Translations under genes and position numbers: made by a program
Source of the DNA: an uncultured virus (IMG/VR IMGVR_UViG_3300032116_000135)
Lineage: Duplodnaviria > Heunggongvirae > Uroviricota > Caudoviricetes
IMG/VR virus record: IMGVR_UViG_3300032116_000135
Length of the DNA: 64,000 bases
Direction: 5' to 3' (one strand)
Shown: piece after piece, positions 9,889 through 19,972 of the stretch
How the letters are laid out: each line of letters opens with the position of its first letter
Position numbering within the stretch: position 1 is the first letter of the stretch
Notes under the pieces: generated by a model
What the model was told of the DNA's origin: nothing
What the model saw: only the letters and a program-made list of their open reading frames with translations
Databases searched by the model: none

Positions 9889-11009
9889 TATATTACATAT
9901 ATTTGTCTTGGCATTGCTTGGAATTTTTTAACCTTATTCAGATTTTCAGCAATCAGTCCTTCTCTTTCCATAACCTTTTCAGGTCTCAATCTTGTTAATT
10001 TTCCTTCAGCACCTGTTAATTCTTCAATTAATTTTGATTTTTCATCTTTACCTTCAGTCGCCAAACTCTGATAATCCATTGTAAGTTCACTATCAGGTGT
10101 TTTAATGTTACCACTGAACTTACCTCTAACCTTGGATAAAGTTTCCTTGGCGGTTGCAAAGAACCATCTACGAACCCATATCTGAGCAGGGTTATTTAAA
10201 TCAGTCCAACCGATTTTATTCAATGGGACATCAGAAGGTAATTTAATTATATCAGGATTTTTCTTTAAACAATCATCTCTATCTGGACCGTCAACTTCGT
10301 AATACCAATACCATACTTTTCCATTCATTAACGTTGCATTACCAAAGTCGAATTTACCTCCAGGAGTTTGCATTAAATGAACCGCCTTTTTTCCTTCAGG
10401 TAAAGCTGTAACACGATAAGTTAAATCACCAGCAATAATTCTTCTTTGTATGTTAATTTCTTGCATCCTTAATAACATATCAAATGCTGGCATCATAAAA
10501 TATGAACCACCATAACCCATCTGAGTATAACCAGCTGGACCACCCAAACCAATACCACCCAATCCACCAAATGTCCATGGATCAAATAATAGATTATTCA
10601 AACTTGATGGAGTATACCATAATAATTCATTTAATTCTCTACCCGCAGGTATCTCATATATTTGTTGTTTTGGTACTAATTGTATATAATCTTTTTTTAG
10701 TACATTATCACCACCAGCTTGTAATCCAACAATTTTAGAATAAGCATATGAATATCGTTCTTCAAAATCAAAATTTTTGGTGATGAAGGCTTTAGATAAA
10801 GATTCTGTATCCAAGTTCAAACCATATAATGATGACCATTGAGATTCAATTAACCAATCTTGGATATATTGAGAATAATCTTCAATTGATAAGGCTAATA
10901 ATGAATCTAACATTTCATCTTCCAATTCAATACTTCTAAGAGGAGCACCTAGTAGGTGTCTTAATCTAGTGTATAGTTGGGTTCTTTCTGGTTCTGTGAT
11001 TATTGACAT
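9888..11009 (-). CDS. Neck/head-completion protein (T4 gp13-like)
   Basis: N-terminal LLGAPLRSIELEDEMLD and C-terminal WVRRWFFATAKETLSKVRGKFSG pattern of gp13-like neck proteins. Confidence 0.75.
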   Translation of the reverse strand: MSIITEPERTQLYTRLRHLLGAPLRSIELEDEMLDSLLALSIEDYSQYIQDWLIESQWSSLYGLNLDTESLSKAFITKNFDFEERYSYAYSKIVGLQAGGDNVLKKDYIQLVPKQQIYEIPAGRELNELLWYTPSSLNNLLFDPWTFGGLGGIGLGGPAGYTQMGYGGSYFMMPAFDMLLRMQEINIQRRIIAGDLTYRVTALPEGKKAVHLMQTPGGKFDFGNATLMNGKVWYWYYEVDGPDRDDCLKKNPDIIKLPSDVPLNKIGWTDLNNPAQIWVRRWFFATAKETLSKVRGKFSGNIKTPDSELTMDYQSLATEGKDEKSKLIEELTGAEGKLTRLRPEKVMEREGLIAENLNKVKKFQAMPRQIYVI

Positions 11010-11030
11010 TTTTGGTTTTATTAATAAATA

Positions 11031-12908
11031 TTATGGACACTTTATTTCGTCCTTGTATTTTCTAAAAAATGAATCAGATACTTGTCTTGAATTCTTAACT
11101 AAAATATCAGAACCTTTTGTGTATGTATATGTATTGATTTGGTTACTTTCGTCAGGTTTAATTCTGAATCGTATACTCAATCTTAATTCATCACATCCCC
11201 TCTGTCCTTTATTTGACCAATAAAAATGTAAATTTTCAATAGGAACAATAAGATAGTTATCAAATATGATTCCATTGATTTGACTTTTTATTTTTTCTAA
11301 ATATCCATCACCATTTTCTTTTACATAATTATAAATTTCTGTGATTACTTTATTATATTCACCTAAATAATCTTTTTTCACATTCTTTAAACTACTTTGT
11401 TTGAATATTGAAAAGAACTCTGAAAGATAACTATCAACCTCCACGTCCATTTTTTTAACTTCAAAATGGGTATTATCACCAAATATAATTTCTTTATTAT
11501 TATTTTCATCAATAATATACAGTGGTTTCTTTGTTATCAAATCGGCTTTGATTGGAGGGACATCACTTATTAATGCGGAATTAATACACTCTTTCATTTT
11601 ATTAACATACACATTAAAATCTTTTTCACCACTTTTAAAATGTTTTAATAGTTCAAATAATGTATAAAATTCTTCAGCATCACACGATAATGGTAAACTT
11701 AATTTGGTTTGTTTAATATCAAATTCATCACCTTCAAATGATTGTTCATATTTAGCATATTCTAATTCTCTAACCGCACTTAATATATCATTTAAATCAT
11801 CCTTGGATATATCATCAATAATTAATCCCGATAATCTTTTTTTGACTTCTTCTTTTTTGAATGTGTCACTTTCTATGAAATCTGCTAATATTTTCAAAAA
11901 TGATATTGTTCTACCATAATTTTCATCGGATAGTGAAATATCAATTACTTTTTGAAAGGATAATGTTCTATTAAAATTATAGAATTTACTTATTACTTTG
12001 ATGGAATCATTTAAACTTTTCTTAAGTTTTTTATCTTCAAGTGTTCTTCTCAATTTTAATAACTTACAAAAAGGATCGGATAATCCTTTCCTTTGAGTTT
12101 TTTTAAGACAAAGTGAATTTAAATAATCAATTTCTATTTCATCTTCAGGAAATAAAGATTGTTGTTGTTCCAAAAACAACATAAAATCTTTAACTTTAAA
12201 TTTAACTTCCTCCAATATATTTTCCTTTTTATCTTTAAGTTGATATAACTCATGAACAAATTTCCAATTCACAACACTCCAAAAGTTTTTAATATATTCA
12301 TCCCTTTTATTTTGGTATTTCAAATAATAAGCATGTTCCCATAAGTCCAAACCTAATATTGGAAATCCTCCACCTTCAACAACATTCATCAATGGATTAT
12401 CTTGATTTGGTGTTGACATAATTTTTAACCTACCATTTTTTGTTAAAACCAACCAACACCATCCAGATCCGAATCTATCTTTAGATTCTTCATTGAATTT
12501 ATTTTTGAATTCATTTATTGAACCAAAATCTTTTATAATTCTTGATTTTAGTTCTGATGGAATATCTTGTTTATTAGGTGATAACATTTTCCAAAACAAA
12601 GCATGATTAAAGGCTCCCCCACCATTGTTTCGGATTGTTTTTGGAAATTTACTAATTGATTTAATAATATCTTCCAATTCTAAATCACCATAATTTTTTT
12701 TGGATAACGCGTCGTTTAGTTTCTTAACATATGTTTTATAATGTCCATTATAATGAACATCCATGGTTTTACCATCAATAAATCTTTTAAGGGAAGATTT
12801 AGCATAAGGTAATTTATCAATCCCAATCTTTTTCATTTCCAATAATAGAAACTCACCCGCATTGATTTTTTCTGTTAATAAATTGATTTTGTTTTCAAGT
12901 ATCATCAT
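11031..12908 (-). CDS. sod: Fe/Mn superoxide dismutase (Mn-type signature) fused to a ~390-aa unknown C-terminal region
   Basis: LPY...TMDVHYNGHYKTYV, NNGGGAFNHALFW, FGSGWCW, NQDNP, DLWEHAYY: all four metal ligands present; start likely 12908 (ORF track gives 12935). Confidence 0.9.
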   Translation of the reverse strand: MMILENKINLLTEKINAGEFLLLEMKKIGIDKLPYAKSSLKRFIDGKTMDVHYNGHYKTYVKKLNDALSKKNYGDLELEDIIKSISKFPKTIRNNGGGAFNHALFWKMLSPNKQDIPSELKSRIIKDFGSINEFKNKFNEESKDRFGSGWCWLVLTKNGRLKIMSTPNQDNPLMNVVEGGGFPILGLDLWEHAYYLKYQNKRDEYIKNFWSVVNWKFVHELYQLKDKKENILEEVKFKVKDFMLFLEQQQSLFPEDEIEIDYLNSLCLKKTQRKGLSDPFCKLLKLRRTLEDKKLKKSLNDSIKVISKFYNFNRTLSFQKVIDISLSDENYGRTISFLKILADFIESDTFKKEEVKKRLSGLIIDDISKDDLNDILSAVRELEYAKYEQSFEGDEFDIKQTKLSLPLSCDAEEFYTLFELLKHFKSGEKDFNVYVNKMKECINSALISDVPPIKADLITKKPLYIIDENNNKEIIFGDNTHFEVKKMDVEVDSYLSEFFSIFKQSSLKNVKKDYLGEYNKVITEIYNYVKENGDGYLEKIKSQINGIIFDNYLIVPIENLHFYWSNKGQRGCDELRLSIRFRIKPDESNQINTYTYTKGSDILVKNSRQVSDSFFRKYKDEIKCP

Positions 12909-12931
12909 AAGATATAAATATCCTATAAATA

Positions 12932-14698
12932 TCAATGTGATACGTTAATCTTATTCATTATCTGTTCTATAAATTCAGCCTTATCTATATTGTCACCCAT
13001 AACAGTATCAATGATATTCTTTTTATTAATTAACATATCATATATAACACCCTCAATAGTATTATCAAAGATTGGGTAATAAACTGAAACACAATTTTTC
13101 TGTCCATATCTATAAGCTCTATCTTCGGCTTGTTGGTGATGGGCAGGAACAAATGATAAGTCATTGAATATAACGGCTTCCCCAGCGGTTAATGTAATAC
13201 CAACACCCGCAGCTTGTATATTACCAACGAATACAGATATCTTTTCATTCTCTTGAAATTGATCAACAGCGTATTGTCTTTGAGCCTTTGAACAAGTCCC
13301 ATCCAAATAAACCGATTTCTTCCCAAAGTGGGAATGAATTTGTTGGAGGGTATCAGTAAAGTTTGTAAAGACAATAACCTTCTTTCCCTGTTCCAATATA
13401 TTTTCAATCAATTCAATTGTATTCGGTACTTTGCCTTCGGCAATTGATTGTCTAACCTTCATTAACTTATTAAACTGAACGGTTAATGATTTTGATTCGT
13501 CAGGGTTTTTATTATACCACTCATAATATTCCCCCATTAATTCTTCATATTTCTTTGATTTTAATCTCAAATAGATTGGGGTTATAATCTTCTCAGGTAA
13601 ATCCAAGACATCTTCTTTTAATCTTCTTAACACTTGTCTTGATGTCCTATCTCTCAACTCTTCCAAGTTAGACGCACCATTAACATTCCACACCTTTCTA
13701 TTTCCAGCCTTGAATTGATAACCTTGACAATACCGAATAACATAAGCCATCCAATTTTGAGCGACAGGACTTTCAATTAAGTTTAATAAGTTATAATAAT
13801 TGATTGGTCTGTTTGTCATTGGAGTTCCTGTTAATAACCAAAGGTATTCTGAACTTTTAACAAAACTATTAATCAATTTTGTTCTCAATGATTGGGGATT
13901 GGCAACATAATGTGCTTCGTCCATTATAATCAAATCAAAATTACCTTTTGTAATTGGGGAGTTTTCTTTATCCTTTAAATCATAAAAGTTTTTAACAATA
14001 TCATAATTTATAATAACGATATCGTGTTCGGTGGAGAAATTCTTTCCCTCACATATATAAACACTTCTATCAGAATAATTTTTAATTTCCCTCTCCCACT
14101 TTAACTTTAATGATGCGGGACATATTATTAAGATTTTCTTAACGTTTGTTTCTAGTGATGCGATAATTGCCGCGGTTGTCTTTCCTAAACCCATATCATC
14201 TGCTAATATGAATTTTTTACTACCAACCAATTTTTCAATTGCAATCTTTTGATGTTCCAAAGGCATCCTATGACTATACTTTGAATAATCAATTTTAACT
14301 TCAGTTGTGTTATGAGTTTTTAATAAGGCTGCTTTAGGTAACCACATATCTGATAATGTATCACCAGTATTAAACTTACCCCAAATGTGATAAGATTTTT
14401 CTTTATCAACCAATAACTTTTCAACCCAAACATCTGTGGGGACGTTTAACATATTTTTTTCATCAGCAATCTTTTTTGCAAAATAAGGTTCAATGTTAAC
14501 CCATTTCTTCGCCACCTTTGGTTCAACTGAATTATAATTTACTATATATTCGGATTGTGATCTTGTTGGGTAAAATTTCTTATTAGTATCCTTTAGATAT
14601 TTTAATTTAAGGATATAGTTATTACCCCCCGAATAATTATCTAATATGTCGAGAGCTTTGGTTTCAATAAGATTCGATGTTTTTCCTGTTAAAGTCAA
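12932..14698 (-). CDS. SNF2-family helicase/translocase (SMARCAL1/HARP-like)
   Basis: ILADDMGLGKT, DEAH, LTGTPMTNRP, AGVGITLT, QAEDRAYRYGQ. Confidence 0.92.
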   Translation of the reverse strand: MTLTGKTSNLIETKALDILDNYSGGNNYILKLKYLKDTNKKFYPTRSQSEYIVNYNSVEPKVAKKWVNIEPYFAKKIADEKNMLNVPTDVWVEKLLVDKEKSYHIWGKFNTGDTLSDMWLPKAALLKTHNTTEVKIDYSKYSHRMPLEHQKIAIEKLVGSKKFILADDMGLGKTTAAIIASLETNVKKILIICPASLKLKWEREIKNYSDRSVYICEGKNFSTEHDIVIINYDIVKNFYDLKDKENSPITKGNFDLIIMDEAHYVANPQSLRTKLINSFVKSSEYLWLLTGTPMTNRPINYYNLLNLIESPVAQNWMAYVIRYCQGYQFKAGNRKVWNVNGASNLEELRDRTSRQVLRRLKEDVLDLPEKIITPIYLRLKSKKYEELMGEYYEWYNKNPDESKSLTVQFNKLMKVRQSIAEGKVPNTIELIENILEQGKKVIVFTNFTDTLQQIHSHFGKKSVYLDGTCSKAQRQYAVDQFQENEKISVFVGNIQAAGVGITLTAGEAVIFNDLSFVPAHHQQAEDRAYRYGQKNCVSVYYPIFDNTIEGVIYDMLINKKNIIDTVMGDNIDKAEFIEQIMNKINVSH

Positions 14699-14746
14699 AA
14701 TAAAGATTTTAACATAAAAATAGTTGAAAGTTTAATATTTATCAAT

Positions 14747-15259
14747 ATGACAAATAAAATGCCTATTACAAGAATTGGGAAATTCTTTGATGCTAATGAC
14801 TTTGAACTTGATACTGCAATCGGTGCTGAATGGTTATACGGTGACATGAATTTTACCGTGGTATTATATCGTATTGATAGGATGAAAACTAAAACTGATG
14901 ATGTATATGGTGAAGCCTTAAAAGATGGGATTAAATTTTTACCACCAATTGAACTTAAGGGGTATGTTCAAATAATGGCACCTGAAAACAAACTAATTGG
15001 AGGAAATAAAATAAATCAAGTTGAACCAGGTAATATGAGATTCTCAACATATCAAAGACAATTGGATGAATTGGATGTTGACATTCAATTCGGTGATTAT
15101 TTGGGGTATTATGAAACTGAGGATAGAATTAGATATTATGTTGTAAATAATGATGGTAGAGTTGTTTCAGATAACAAACACAACTATGCTGGGTATAAAC
15201 CATATTATAGAACTATTATGGCTTCAGCAGTAATAGACAACGAATTTAGAGGATTATAA
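14747..15259 (+). CDS. Putative head-closure/neck protein (gp14-like)
   Basis: 170 aa with DDVYGEA motif and beta-rich core; lies before the terminator and sheath genes. Confidence 0.55.
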   Translation: MTNKMPITRIGKFFDANDFELDTAIGAEWLYGDMNFTVVLYRIDRMKTKTDDVYGEALKDGIKFLPPIELKGYVQIMAPENKLIGGNKINQVEPGNMRFSTYQRQLDELDVDIQFGDYLGYYETEDRIRYYVVNNDGRVVSDNKHNYAGYKPYYRTIMASAVIDNEFRGL

Positions 15260-15261
15260 TT

Positions 15262-16299
15262 ATGCCGTTACCTAAAAAAATAAAAAAGAATATACCTTTA
15301 ACTGAACCTAAAGTAGGTTTAGCTAGACGAGAAGAACTTTTAGAAAAAATAAATAGAGATGGAACATATCTACCTAAATCATTATTACACGCTGATTTGG
15401 ATGGTGGTTTTTTGGATTTTGTTAAAAATGAATTAAAAACAGTTGTTGATGGTAAAACAGTACCAACAATTGATATATTAATAACAACACAGAATTGGTC
15501 TCAATTTACTGAAACTTGGGACTTACAAAATTTAGATAAAAACGTAGAATTACCTTTTATATCAATTGTAAGGGTTCCTGAAGTAAAATACGGATCAAAT
15601 CCATCGTTACTTTATACTATCCCAAATAGAAAACAATATTTTTATGCACAAGTCCCTACTTGGGATGGACAGAGAAGTGGAATGGATATTTACAAAATAC
15701 CCCAACCAGTTCCAGTTGATATTTCATATCAAGTTAAAATTGTATGTAATAGAATGAGGGAACTAAATCAGTTCAATAAACTTGTGATTGAAAAATTTAG
15801 TTCTAAACAATCATATCAAGTAATAAAAGGTCATTACATTCCAATAGTCATGGGTGATATCTCAGATGAATCAGTTATGGATGTTGAAAAAAGAAAATAT
15901 TATATACAAAGTTATCAATTTACTTTGTTAGGATTTTTGATTGATGAAAATGAGTTTGAAGTGTCACCAGCTAAAACAAGAGTATTACAAGTCTTGGAGG
16001 TTGATACACAAACAACAAAAAGAGGTAAAAATAGAACTACATCATTACCTAATGTTTTTGACGCAATTTTTGTAACAGGAAATACTATCTTATCTCAAAC
16101 ATTTGATTATACAACAAATCTATCTATTGGTGAGACTAATAACATAGATGATTTTGATGTTTATATAAATAATGATTATTACGGTACTAACGTAAATGAA
16201 ATAATGATAAACACGGGTGATGTTCTTAGACTTGAGGTGGTAAAAGTTGATACCCTATTAGAATCTTCAATTAAGATAGAACGACCCCTGTTAACTTAG
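15262..16299 (+). CDS. Putative tail terminator/completion protein (gp15-like) with C-terminal beta domain
   Basis: ELPFISIVR...PVPVDISYQVKI pattern; position upstream of the sheath gene. Confidence 0.6.
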   Translation: MPLPKKIKKNIPLTEPKVGLARREELLEKINRDGTYLPKSLLHADLDGGFLDFVKNELKTVVDGKTVPTIDILITTQNWSQFTETWDLQNLDKNVELPFISIVRVPEVKYGSNPSLLYTIPNRKQYFYAQVPTWDGQRSGMDIYKIPQPVPVDISYQVKIVCNRMRELNQFNKLVIEKFSSKQSYQVIKGHYIPIVMGDISDESVMDVEKRKYYIQSYQFTLLGFLIDENEFEVSPAKTRVLQVLEVDTQTTKRGKNRTTSLPNVFDAIFVTGNTILSQTFDYTTNLSIGETNNIDDFDVYINNDYYGTNVNEIMINTGDVLRLEVVKVDTLLESSIKIERPLLT

Positions 16300-16460
16300 T
16301 TGTCACCATAGATATCTTTTTTTTCTTTACACTTTTCAACAATAAGTTTTTCTAAGAATCTATACATCTTGATTCCATTCTTATCACAATAATTCTTAAG
16401 TATATTGTGTACCTCTAAAGATATTTTTAAATTCTTTATTTTATTACCTTCTTTATCCAT
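16296..16460 (-). CDS. Small ribbon-helix-helix-like DNA-binding protein (54 aa, not in ORF track)
   Basis: Translated by hand: MDKEGNKIKNLKISLEVHNILKNYCDKNGIKMYRFLEKLIVEKCKEKKDIYGDN; strand KNLKIS then helix-G-helix. Confidence 0.7.
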   Translation of the reverse strand: MDKEGNKIKNLKISLEVHNILKNYCDKNGIKMYRFLEKLIVEKCKEKKDIYGDN

Positions 16461-16576
16461 GGTAGAAAAAAGGTAGAATTTATTCTACTCAATTTATTAA
16501 TACATATCATAAAGTAAAGTTTTTGTGGTTTTAGATAATATTTATCTAAAAATAAATCATTTAAAAATAAAAAAAA

Positions 16577-19500
16577 ATGGCAAATAAAGTATTCGTTTCT
16601 CCTGGTGTCTATACTTCCGAGGTCGATTTAAGCTTTGTGTCTCAAAGTGTTGGTGTAACAACTTTGGGTATTGTCGGTGAAACTATTAAAGGTCCAGCCT
16701 TCGAACCAATTTTCATCACAAACTATGACGAATTTCAAACTTACTTTGGTGGAACTTCTCCTGAGAAATTTATTAACACTCAAATTCCGAAATATGAGGC
16801 GGCTTATATAGCTAAAGCATATTTACAACAATCAAATCAATTATTTGTTACAAGAATTCTTGGTTTATCAGGTTATGATGCGGGTCCTTCTTGGACAATA
16901 ACAACAAAAGCAAATGTTGATCCAACAACTGTTGATTTCTATTGTCAAAGTGCAATTACATTAAGTTGTGTAACGACTTGTATTGATTATTTAACAATAC
17001 CTTTTACAGCAAACTTTACAGGTTGTACTAATAGTACTGATAGTATTACATTTACTGATCCGACAAATGAACTTCCTGCTGAGTTATTAAACAAATTATA
17101 TTTACCTTACGAAAAATTTGATGGTAGTGTTTCGACAATTTATGCAAACATGACACAACAAATTTTTGATGTAATGAATGATCCATTCAGTGAGAGTGAA
17201 TCTGTTTATTATTACGGTCCAATTTCAGGTGCTGACTATACAAATTTAGTTACGGCTGGATTTACCGCGGCAACAAATGTATTTGGTGTTGAGGATGTAA
17301 ATAAAGATTTATGTGATTTAACATCATCATTAAATGATCCTTGGTATTATGCAACTTTTGATAATTTGGGTAATGCACAATACACAGGTTTTTCAATGTT
17401 TAATGTTATTGACATTACATTAATACCTACGACAACAACAACTACAATAACTCCAACAACTACAACTACCACAACTAACCCTTGTGTTACTCCAACCCCA
17501 TTAATAACTACAACAACTACTACGGCTAAACCAGTGTTCTGTTATACAGGTTCAGTAACAGGTGTTCTATATGTTTGGGAAGGTATGGCGTTCACTGATT
17601 ATGATGATTTAGTAATTGCAACATTCCGTTCAAGAGGTTTAGCAACATATAATTCTGATGATGGGGCGGTTTATGAAGTATCAGGTTTAACTGATGTAAG
17701 TATGGCTTGTACAGGTGCATACTCAGGGGTAACTAAAAATCCGTTTGCTACATTTGGATTGAATGTAACAAATAAAGATGGACAAACCTTATTCTTTGAA
17801 ACTTCGTTTACTAATTCAGATTCAAAATACTTAACTAAAGTTTTTGGTGTTTCTAACTTTGCTAAGCCTAAAACTACAGTACCATTATTTGTTGAGGAAA
17901 TATTCCAATCGTTATTAACTTATGGTTATAGAAAAGGTTATATTAGAGGTTTAAGTTGTTCATTAACAGCGTTACCAAATGCAAGACAACAGACTGATCC
18001 AACATCAATTGCTTGGTATTTGGAAAGATATCAATCACCTGAATCACCATGGGTGGTATCTGAATTAAGAGGTAATAAAGTGTTCAACTTATTCAAGTTT
18101 GTAACAATTGCTGACGGTAATGATGCTAATTATGAGGTTAAATTATCTATAGGTAATATATCATTCAATAATGGGACTTTTGATGTATTTGTTAGAGATT
18201 ATTTTGATAATGATTCTAATCCTGTTGTCCTTGAAAAATTTACAAATTGTTCAATGAACCCTCAAGAAAACAACTTCATTGCTAAGAAAATTGGAACAAT
18301 GGATGGAGAATTCCAATTGAACTCTAAATATGTTATGTTGGTAATGAATGAAGACGCACCAATAGATGCGTTACCTTGTGGTTTCGAAGGATACCAATTT
18401 AGAGAATACGCCGGTGTTAGACCTCCATTCCCTATTTATAAAACTAAATACGATTTTCCTGGTGAAGTTGTATATAATCCACCTTTTGGATTATCATCAG
18501 GTGCTGATGACATTGTTAGAAGTGCTGGTGATAATGTAAGAAGAACATATCTTGGTATATCTGATACAATCGGATATGACTTAGATTTCTTTGCTTATAA
18601 AGGTAAACAACTTCCTTTATCAGTATGTACTGATACAAGCGGTGACAATTGGTTGTACAAAACAAGAGGATTCCACATGGACGTAAATGCTAGTGGTATT
18701 ACAATTGGGAATAGTTTTGCAACAAGTGGAACACCAGCGTTCTATGTTGGTTCCGCTCCATTTACATCAGACCCAACAAATGAATCAAGTCCATATTATA
18801 GATTGTTCTCACGTAAGTTTACTTTATTATGTTCAGGTGGTTTTGATGGCTGGGACATTTATAGAGAGAGTAGAACTAATGAAGATAAGTTTATTTTAGG
18901 TAGAACTGGTTATTTGAAAGGTTCTTGTCCTTCATTTAGATATCCTACAGCATCAGGTTGGGGAGCATTTAAAACAATTACTGTTGGTAATAATAGTGTT
19001 GACTACGCAAATACTGACTATTACGCATACTTGTTAGGACAACAAACATTCTCTAATCCTGAAGCGGTTAATATTAATGTATTTGTTACTCCAGGTATTG
19101 ATTATGTAAATCATTCAAATCTTGTTGAATCAGCAATTGAAATGGTTGAATTTGATAGAGCTGACTCAATATACATTTGTACAACACCTGACTATAAAAT
19201 GTTTGTACCAACTACTGGTGATCAGTTAGATTTGATTTACCCTCAAGAAGCGGTTGATAATTTAGAAACTGCGGGTATTGATTCTAATTATACCGCAACT
19301 TACTATCCTTGGGTATTAACAAGAGATACAGTTAATAATACACAAATTTACATTCCACCAACTGCGGAAGTATGTAAAAACTTAGCATTAACTGATAACA
19401 TTGCTTTCCCTTGGTTCGCCGCCGCTGGTTATACTCGTGGTATTGTAAACGCAATCAAAGCGAGAAAGAAATTGACTCAAGAAGATAGAGACACTCTTTA

Positions 19501-19903
19501 CAAAGGAAGAATTAATCCAATTGCAACTTTCTCTGATGTAGGAACAGTAATTTGGGGTAACAAAACTCTACAAATTAAAGAATCCGCTTTAGATAGAATC
19601 AATGTACGAAGATTGTTATTACAAGCTCGTAAATTAATTTCAGCGGTATCAGTTAGATTATTGTTTGAACAAAATGACGATAAAGTTAGACAAGACTTCT
19701 TAAACGCTGTTAATCCTATCTTAGACGCAATAAGAAGAGATAGAGGTTTATACGATTTCCGTGTAACAGTTTCTTCAGATCCTGCCGATATAGATAGAAA
19801 TCAATTAACAGGTAGTATCTATATCAAACCTACAAAGGCTTTAGAATTTATAGATATTACATTCTACATCACCCCAACAGGTGCATCGTTTGAGAATATT
19901 TAA
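16577..19903 (+). CDS. Contractile tail sheath protein with insertions
   Basis: VSPGVYTSEVDLS start; YTATYYPW, PWFAAAGYTRG, LYKGRINPI, WGNKTLQ, RINVRRLL, LFEQND, KPTKALEFI. Confidence 0.95.
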   Translation: MANKVFVSPGVYTSEVDLSFVSQSVGVTTLGIVGETIKGPAFEPIFITNYDEFQTYFGGTSPEKFINTQIPKYEAAYIAKAYLQQSNQLFVTRILGLSGYDAGPSWTITTKANVDPTTVDFYCQSAITLSCVTTCIDYLTIPFTANFTGCTNSTDSITFTDPTNELPAELLNKLYLPYEKFDGSVSTIYANMTQQIFDVMNDPFSESESVYYYGPISGADYTNLVTAGFTAATNVFGVEDVNKDLCDLTSSLNDPWYYATFDNLGNAQYTGFSMFNVIDITLIPTTTTTTITPTTTTTTTNPCVTPTPLITTTTTTAKPVFCYTGSVTGVLYVWEGMAFTDYDDLVIATFRSRGLATYNSDDGAVYEVSGLTDVSMACTGAYSGVTKNPFATFGLNVTNKDGQTLFFETSFTNSDSKYLTKVFGVSNFAKPKTTVPLFVEEIFQSLLTYGYRKGYIRGLSCSLTALPNARQQTDPTSIAWYLERYQSPESPWVVSELRGNKVFNLFKFVTIADGNDANYEVKLSIGNISFNNGTFDVFVRDYFDNDSNPVVLEKFTNCSMNPQENNFIAKKIGTMDGEFQLNSKYVMLVMNEDAPIDALPCGFEGYQFREYAGVRPPFPIYKTKYDFPGEVVYNPPFGLSSGADDIVRSAGDNVRRTYLGISDTIGYDLDFFAYKGKQLPLSVCTDTSGDNWLYKTRGFHMDVNASGITIGNSFATSGTPAFYVGSAPFTSDPTNESSPYYRLFSRKFTLLCSGGFDGWDIYRESRTNEDKFILGRTGYLKGSCPSFRYPTASGWGAFKTITVGNNSVDYANTDYYAYLLGQQTFSNPEAVNINVFVTPGIDYVNHSNLVESAIEMVEFDRADSIYICTTPDYKMFVPTTGDQLDLIYPQEAVDNLETAGIDSNYTATYYPWVLTRDTVNNTQIYIPPTAEVCKNLALTDNIAFPWFAAAGYTRGIVNAIKARKKLTQEDRDTLYKGRINPIATFSDVGTVIWGNKTLQIKESALDRINVRRLLLQARKLISAVSVRLLFEQNDDKVRQDFLNAVNPILDAIRRDRGLYDFRVTVSSDPADIDRNQLTGSIYIKPTKALEFIDITFYITPTGASFENI

Positions 19904-19922
19904 TAAAAACTTTGATATTTAT

Positions 19923-19951
19923 GGGGGAGATTAATTCTCCCCCTTTTTTTT
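19923..19951 (+). terminator. Intrinsic terminator after the sheath gene
   Basis: GGGGGAGA-TTAAT-TCTCCCCC followed by T8. Confidence 0.85.
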
Positions 19952-19972
19952 ATAATCAATATATTTATAGAC

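Noticed and set aside
12913..12931. T4 late promoters TATAAATA on the plus strand
   Set aside because: They point away from the adjacent gene start; orientation across the window shows TATTTAT on the coding strand is the consistent form.
17426..17533. ACA/ACT runs as phase-variable microsatellites
   Set aside because: Codons are mixed and in frame; slippage would change only tract length, so this is better explained as a protein-level Thr tract.
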